Shown: positions 59,344-64,000 of the stretch, one piece after another | How positions within the stretch are numbered: the first letter of the stretch is position 1 | How the letters are laid out: every line of letters starts with the position of its first letter | Assembly: GCA_963662435.1 (NCBI GenBank) | Contig: OY759598.1 | Location: 4,005,923-4,069,922, forward strand | Direction: 5' to 3' | DNA: 64,000 nucleotides | Source of the DNA: Dehalococcoidia bacterium | GTDB lineage: Bacteria > Chloroflexota > Dehalococcoidia > Lucifugimonadales > VXLM01 | Notes under the pieces: model-generated | What the model saw: the letters and a program-made list of their open reading frames with translations, nothing else | The model's database searches: none | What the model was told of the DNA's origin: nothing | Program-made: the position numbers and the translations under genes

Positions 59344-59907
59344 TTAGTCTCCCACCCATTCTAGCCATTCGTCTACGTCCGAGCAGGACTGCCGGTAAGC
59401 GTGCAAGACAATCTCCGCTGACGCTCTTGCGTCATCGACCGCGTTGTGATGCTTGAAAGTTATCCCCAAGTCCGTCGCAATCCTCGCCAAAGCCCAATGG
59501 GACCGGTATTTTCGTGGCCAAACACGACGTGCAACCATCGCACTGTCGAGCCAAGTCACCGGAAGCGGGTCAAGGCCGTATTTTTCCGCCGCCCCTTCAA
59601 GCGCGACACGGTCAAACCCCGTATGACTTACGAGCGTCACTCCAACTGTGCGACGGTAAAGCTCATCGTAAACCCTGGGGAAGGCAGGGCTGTCTTTGAC
59701 GGCCTCCTCGTCGATGCCGTGCAGTCTAATGTTGAAGGGATTGAACCGCTCTTCAGGGTTGACTAAGATAGACACCCGATCCCAAATCACACTGTCGCGG
59801 ACACACACGATGCCAATCTGACAAATGCTGGCGGGGCTCACGTTGGCAGTCTCGACATCGATGGCGTTGAAGGTCAAGCTATTCACGGGTGTCCTCAAGC
59901 CTGCCAT
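59344..59907 (-). CDS. DEDDh 3'-5' exonuclease (DnaQ-like)
   Basis: AIDVETAN, SHTGFD, HHNAVDDA. Confidence 0.88.
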   Translation of the reverse strand: MAGLRTPVNSLTFNAIDVETANVSPASICQIGIVCVRDSVIWDRVSILVNPEERFNPFNIRLHGIDEEAVKDSPAFPRVYDELYRRTVGVTLVSHTGFDRVALEGAAEKYGLDPLPVTWLDSAMVARRVWPRKYRSHWALARIATDLGITFKHHNAVDDARASAEIVLHAYRQSCSDVDEWLEWVGD

Positions 59908-59987
59908 GTTATGGGTCGTAGTCTACTCGCATCAACCGCTTCCTGCATGGGGAGACGCTCCGCATGAGACAAGAGAGGAACACTGAG

Positions 59988-62672
59988 ATGATGGATAGAA
60001 AGTCACGCCCGTCCTATACTCAATACCACTGGGCAAAGTCCGACCGAAAAGACCCGGCACGCATCCATCTGCTGGAACACCATCTCGCCGATGTAGGCGC
60101 TTGCTTCGAGGCGCTGATGCGCCAGCCCACTATCAGAAAACGGCTTGCTACAACCGGCAGCCTCAACGACCTTGACGAGTCGCTCGTCGCCAGGCTCTCG
60201 GTGTTCGCGGCCCTCCACGACATCGGCAAGGTCAATGTGGGGTTTCAGACGCAGGTATGGCGCGATGATGATTTTGGGGAGAAACGTAAGCCGGGCCGGG
60301 CCGGGCACACCGCCGACGTTGTTCCGGTGCTTACCGGTGACGACTACACTACCTTTAGGTGGTTCTCCAGTGCGCTGGGCTGGGACGACTTCCTCACCTG
60401 GGATGACCGCGGCGGCGAGACCGTTTGCGCGATGCTGGTGGCTACGCTGTCGCATCACGGCAGGCCCTTGCAGCTGGAGAACAGGCTAAGGAAGAACCCG
60501 GCCATTTGGCGTCCGTTCGGCGAACTGAACCCTGAGGACTGCGTGCGTCGCATCGGCAGACTGATGCGACGCTGGTTCCCCGCCGCGTTCGCGCCCGGTG
60601 CGACTCCGCTGCCATCCGATCCAAATTTCCAGCACATGTTCCTTGGGTTATGCACACTGGCTGACTGGATCGGTTCTGACGAACGCCATTTCGGGTACTG
60701 CGACCAATCCACCGACGATTACATTCATACTGCACGAAAGAATGCCAAGCGCGCATTGCGCGCCATCGGTCTGGACATCCAGGAACAGTCCTCCGCATTC
60801 AGTCCACTTCCAGACTTCGCCGCGCTCTTCGAGATAGATGGAGGCAAGCCACCCAACGCCATCCAAAATCATGCGGCGTTGGAAACACCCCTTGAAGAGT
60901 CGGTAGTCATCATCGAGTCCGAGACCGGCTCGGGCAAGACAGAGGCAGCGCTGTGGCGGTTCGCCAAGATGTACCAGAAGGGGCTGGTGGATGGCCTCTA
61001 CTTTGCGCTGCCCACACGAGTATCCGCTAGCCAGATGTACGACCGCGTCAACCACTTCACCAAGCAGATGTTTCCGGACGGGCACCAGCCCATTCCAGTG
61101 CTCGCCGTTCCAGGCTACATCCGCGCCGGCGACTTCACTGGCAAACACTTGCCCGATTATCAAGTCATGTGGGAAGACCGCGCGAACTACGAAAGCCGCA
61201 CTCGACGCTGGGCAGCAGAGAGCGCAAAGCGCTTTCTCGCGGCGCAGATCGCTGTCGGCACGGTTGACCAGGCCATGATGGGCGCACTCCAAGTTTGTCA
61301 TTCCCACATGCGTACGGCGTGTCTCGCGCGGAACCTCTTAGTCGTGGACGAAGTGCATGCGTCGGACCCGTACATGCGCGTGATCATCGAACAACTTCTC
61401 AACGCCCACGTCGGCGCAGGAGGGTACGCGCTCCTGATGTCCGCCACACTTGGCTCGGAGGCGCGTCGCCGGTGGCTATCGAGACCGCGTAGAGCAGACC
61501 AGGTTCCGACTATCGCTTTGAACGACGCAATCGACACCCCATATCCGTCCATAACTACTCGGTCGGCGAGCGGTGAGCGCGTGGTGGCATCCGGCGAGAA
61601 CGACCAGAACAAGCGCGTTCGTGTCCATACCCAGCCGACGATGCACCAGTCCGCCCAAGTGGCCGAGTGCGCGCTTGAAGCCGCACGATCCGGAGGCAAG
61701 GTCATCATCATCCGCAACACCGTTGCAAACGCGGTTGACACTCACCAAGCAATCGAACAGGCTACCCACCCCAACGACCCAGACCTGCTGTTCACATGCA
61801 ACGGAGTTCCGACGCTTCACACTGGCCGCTTCGCCGCCGAGGACCGCAAGATGCTCGATGAAGAGGTGCAGACGCAGATTGGGAAATACCGCCCGCCGGA
61901 CGGTGGTCGTGTCGTCGTCGGCACCCAGACCCTGGAACAGTCCCTCGACATCGACGCCGACCTGCTTATAACCGACCTTTGCCCGATGGACGTGTTGCTC
62001 CAACGCATCGGACGCCTCCACCGACACCCGCGAGACGACAGGCTATCCGGCTACGCCGAGCCTCGTTGCATCGTTCTTATGCCTCCGACCGACGACCTCT
62101 CTTCACTGCTTTCGTCTAAAGGAGGTGCCCCGAACAGCAACGGGCTTGGCTCGGTGTACCCCGATCTGCGCGTCCTCGAACTGACTCGTCGTCTCATCGT
62201 CGAGTACTCCCGGAGCGGTGAACCTTGGAACATCCCCGAAATGAACCGCGAGCTAGTAGAGCGGACGACGCATTCGGACGCGCTGGATATGCTTGTTGGC
62301 GCGAACGAGGACTGGATCGAGCATCGTAACAAGGTTGATGGCGGAATGATCGCCGACGGCATTACGGCGAAACTCGCAGTCGTCAGACGCGACACGTCCT
62401 TTCTCGATAACGACGTCGTCTTTGCAGACGTCGAAGAAAAGATACGTACGAGATTGGGCGACGAGGGCATTAAGGTGGATCTCTGCCCGCCTCCACCGAG
62501 TCCGTTCGATGCGGCGAAGAAGATCGACACCATTCGCATACCCGGGCACATGTCGATCGGGCTATCAGTGGACACGCCCATCACGCCGAACGTGTCGGCC
62601 GACGGCGGCTTCACCTTTGCCGTCGGCGAAAAGCGCTTCGTGTATGACCGTTGGGGGCTGCGCCGCGATTAG
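59988..62672 (+). CDS. cas3: CRISPR-associated HD nuclease/helicase Cas3 (type I-E)
   Basis: WAKS, HLADV, HDIGK, SHHG, LADWIGS, TGSGKTEAA, DEVH, MSAT, QTLEQSLD, QRIGRLHRH; alternative start at 59964. Confidence 0.96.
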   Translation: MMDRKSRPSYTQYHWAKSDRKDPARIHLLEHHLADVGACFEALMRQPTIRKRLATTGSLNDLDESLVARLSVFAALHDIGKVNVGFQTQVWRDDDFGEKRKPGRAGHTADVVPVLTGDDYTTFRWFSSALGWDDFLTWDDRGGETVCAMLVATLSHHGRPLQLENRLRKNPAIWRPFGELNPEDCVRRIGRLMRRWFPAAFAPGATPLPSDPNFQHMFLGLCTLADWIGSDERHFGYCDQSTDDYIHTARKNAKRALRAIGLDIQEQSSAFSPLPDFAALFEIDGGKPPNAIQNHAALETPLEESVVIIESETGSGKTEAALWRFAKMYQKGLVDGLYFALPTRVSASQMYDRVNHFTKQMFPDGHQPIPVLAVPGYIRAGDFTGKHLPDYQVMWEDRANYESRTRRWAAESAKRFLAAQIAVGTVDQAMMGALQVCHSHMRTACLARNLLVVDEVHASDPYMRVIIEQLLNAHVGAGGYALLMSATLGSEARRRWLSRPRRADQVPTIALNDAIDTPYPSITTRSASGERVVASGENDQNKRVRVHTQPTMHQSAQVAECALEAARSGGKVIIIRNTVANAVDTHQAIEQATHPNDPDLLFTCNGVPTLHTGRFAAEDRKMLDEEVQTQIGKYRPPDGGRVVVGTQTLEQSLDIDADLLITDLCPMDVLLQRIGRLHRHPRDDRLSGYAEPRCIVLMPPTDDLSSLLSSKGGAPNSNGLGSVYPDLRVLELTRRLIVEYSRSGEPWNIPEMNRELVERTTHSDALDMLVGANEDWIEHRNKVDGGMIADGITAKLAVVRRDTSFLDNDVVFADVEEKIRTRLGDEGIKVDLCPPPPSPFDAAKKIDTIRIPGHMSIGLSVDTPITPNVSADGGFTFAVGEKRFVYDRWGLRRD

Positions 62673-62693
62673 CAACACAGCCCCCAACGGTCA
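62645..62693. terminator. 16-bp perfect inverted repeat spanning the cas3 stop
   Basis: TGACCGTTGGGGGCTG (62645-62660) / CAGCCCCCAACGGTCA (62678-62693); no U-tract. Confidence 0.45.
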
Positions 62694-62767
62694 GAGACTC
62701 CGCGTGTGCGGAGGAACCTGCGTTCGGTTGGTACAGGCGGGTCTATTCTCGCGTGGGCGAGAGATGT
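62688..62767 (-). CRISPR. Mini-array: two degenerate type I-E repeats and one 20-nt spacer (CreA/CreR-like crRNA-like RNA)
   Basis: Minus strand: ACATC-TCTCGC-CCAC-GCGAGA-ATAGACCC | GCCTGTACCAACCGAACGCA | GGTTC-CTCCGC-ACAC-GCGGAG-TCTCTGACCG. Confidence 0.85.
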
Positions 62768-62770
62768 CCC

Positions 62771-62819
62771 TTGACTCTGGGCAGAGAACTCTCTATAATG
62801 CCTGTACAAAACGAACTAC
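62771..62819 (+). promoter_or_regulatory. sigma70 promoter TTGACT-N17-TATAAT followed by the spacer target
   Basis: -35 at 62771-62776, -10 at 62794-62799; 62800-62816 matches spacer positions 1-17 at 15/17. Confidence 0.85.
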
Positions 62820-62838
62820 CCGAAACCAGGGAGATGAT

Positions 62839-63018
62839 ATGACAGAAGCACCACCCCATCGACTTGAGAATATCTTGCGGAGCAAAGAAGCGCAACTCGC
62901 CAAAGCCAAAGATAGGTACGACAACCTCAGCTATGAGTGCAGGACTATCCGGTCCATGACCGAGATACTTGCCTCTAAAGTGGAACAAAAGTTTGACAGG
63001 TCCAAAGACTACCTGTAA
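62839..63018 (+). CDS. 59-aa hypothetical protein, candidate CRISPR-repressed toxin
   Basis: RBS AGGGAG; MTEAPPHRLENILRSKEAQLAKAKDRYDNLSYECRTIRSMTEILASKVEQKFDRSKDYL; first ORF after the targeted promoter. Confidence 0.65.
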   Translation: MTEAPPHRLENILRSKEAQLAKAKDRYDNLSYECRTIRSMTEILASKVEQKFDRSKDYL

Positions 63019-63069
63019 AATAGCACGCCCGTTCCTTGGAACGAATGAGCGGTAAGGAGAAGCTGGCCT

Positions 63070-64000
63070 ATGTACAACATCCTGACCGAACGCTTGATTC
63101 GGATGGACAAATCCGACGGTTCTCGTGTCGAAGCGTCTTTGCCGGCGGTCTACGCCGCGCTCATGGCCGACGAGGTGGAAGCCTTCCCCGCCCTCCGTCC
63201 TCATCAGCGCCACGCATGGCACGCCTTCCTCGTGCAGCTCGGAGCAATGGCCATGCACAAGGCGGGCATGACCGACCCCCCGGCGGACCCCGATATCTGG
63301 ACCGATCTCATACGCGCACTGACCGCCGACTTCCTCGACGACGAACCGTGGCAACTCGTGGTGAATGACATCACCAGGCCCGCGTTCATGCAGCCGCCCG
63401 CTTCATCCGAAGACAAGCTGGCCGACTACAAGAGCAACATCGAGACGCCCGACGAACTGGACATGCTCGTTACGTCCAAGAACCACGACGTGAAGTCGTC
63501 GGTCGCGGTCGCAAGCGGATACGACGACTTGATACTGGCACTGATCAGCCTACAGACTTCGGAAGGGTTCTCGGGGGCGGGCAACTACGGCATCTCGCGA
63601 ATGAACGGCGGACTAGGCAGCAGGCCCGCGTTCAGCGTCACGCCGTCTACCCGAACGGGAAAACACGTTCGACGCGATATTGTCGTGCTGCTCGAGCGTC
63701 GCGACGACTTGCTGGACAACTCCCCTATGGGGGAGGAAGGGACCGATCTCCTCTGGACGCTCCCTTGGGATGGCGCGAAAGTGGAGCCGTTGCTCCTCGA
63801 TGATCTCGCTCCTCTCTATATCGAGGTCTGCCGTCGGGTACGGCTGTGCGTGGGCGAGGACGGAAGACTCCACGCCATCAGAGCGACATCGAAGGCAGCC
63901 CGCATCGAAGCTAAAGCGCTCAACGGCATCACCGGCGATCCGTGGACCCCCATTGACGAAGGTAGTGGCAAATCACTGACGCTGGCCGCCGGAGGCTTCA
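63070..64000 (+). CDS. cas8e: Type I-E Cascade large subunit Cas8e (Cse1/CasA), 3' end outside window
   Basis: Manual translation MYNILTERLIR..LRPHQRHAWHAFLVQL..PAFMQPP..TPDELDMLVTSKNHDVK..GAGNYGISRMNGG; RBS AAGGAG; follows cas3. Confidence 0.88.
   Translation, partial: MYNILTERLIRMDKSDGSRVEASLPAVYAALMADEVEAFPALRPHQRHAWHAFLVQLGAMAMHKAGMTDPPADPDIWTDLIRALTADFLDDEPWQLVVNDITRPAFMQPPASSEDKLADYKSNIETPDELDMLVTSKNHDVKSSVAVASGYDDLILALISLQTSEGFSGAGNYGISRMNGGLGSRPAFSVTPSTRTGKHVRRDIVVLLERRDDLLDNSPMGEEGTDLLWTLPWDGAKVEPLLLDDLAPLYIEVCRRVRLCVGEDGRLHAIRATSKAARIEAKALNGITGDPWTPIDEGSGKSLTLAAGGF

Larger units (their letters stand above)
57213..64000. mobile_element. Integrative island at tRNA-Ser carrying type I-E CRISPR-Cas (extends beyond window)
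   Basis: P4-like integrase immediately downstream of the tRNA 3' end, followed by accessory genes; attR not in window. Confidence 0.6.

Noticed and set aside
62422..62838. 198-aa ORF overlapping the cas3 3' end
   Set aside because: Upstream part overlaps cas3, the mini-array and the promoter; only the portion from ATG 62839 has an RBS
1582..63979. Numerous antisense and alternative-frame ORFs in the track
   Set aside because: Shadow ORFs typical of GC-rich DNA, overlapping well-supported genes and lacking motifs

Overview
GC-rich bacterial chromosome window. Gene content (paralogous HpcH aldolases, GH-like TIM barrels, a PhyH dioxygenase, many palindromic intergenic repeats) suggests Chloroflexota/Dehalococcoidia (SAR202-like); this is inference, not a database result. 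Most of the window is housekeeping or metabolic: dprA-topA-xerC-rlmD, tyrS-aroH-trpA, DAHP synthase, a hem/siroheme cluster, moaC/D/E, tRNA-Pro and tRNA-Ser. It also holds TA modules, an intact IS4-family element (18-bp IRs, 9-bp TSD), several REP-like families and a 54-bp (3x18-bp) higher-order tandem array. The right end is a probable island integrated at tRNA-Ser, carrying a tyrosine integrase, a DEDDh exonuclease and a type I-E CRISPR-Cas locus (cas3, cas8e...). Top finding: between cas3 and cas8e lies a minus-strand mini-array of two degenerate I-E repeats around one 20-nt spacer. That spacer matches the sequence right after the -10 box of an adjacent near-consensus sigma70 promoter, which drives an unknown 59-aa ORF and probably the Cascade operon. 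This is a candidate CRISPR-repressed toxin/antitoxin (CreA/CreP-like) plus cas autoregulation (CreR-like) module. Also notable: a Tyr/Phe leader-peptide attenuator upstream of DAHP synthase, an RNase HI-MoaC fusion with a REP translated in its linker, and a solo HsdR-N nuclease gene flanked by a duplicated ~60-bp gene start.
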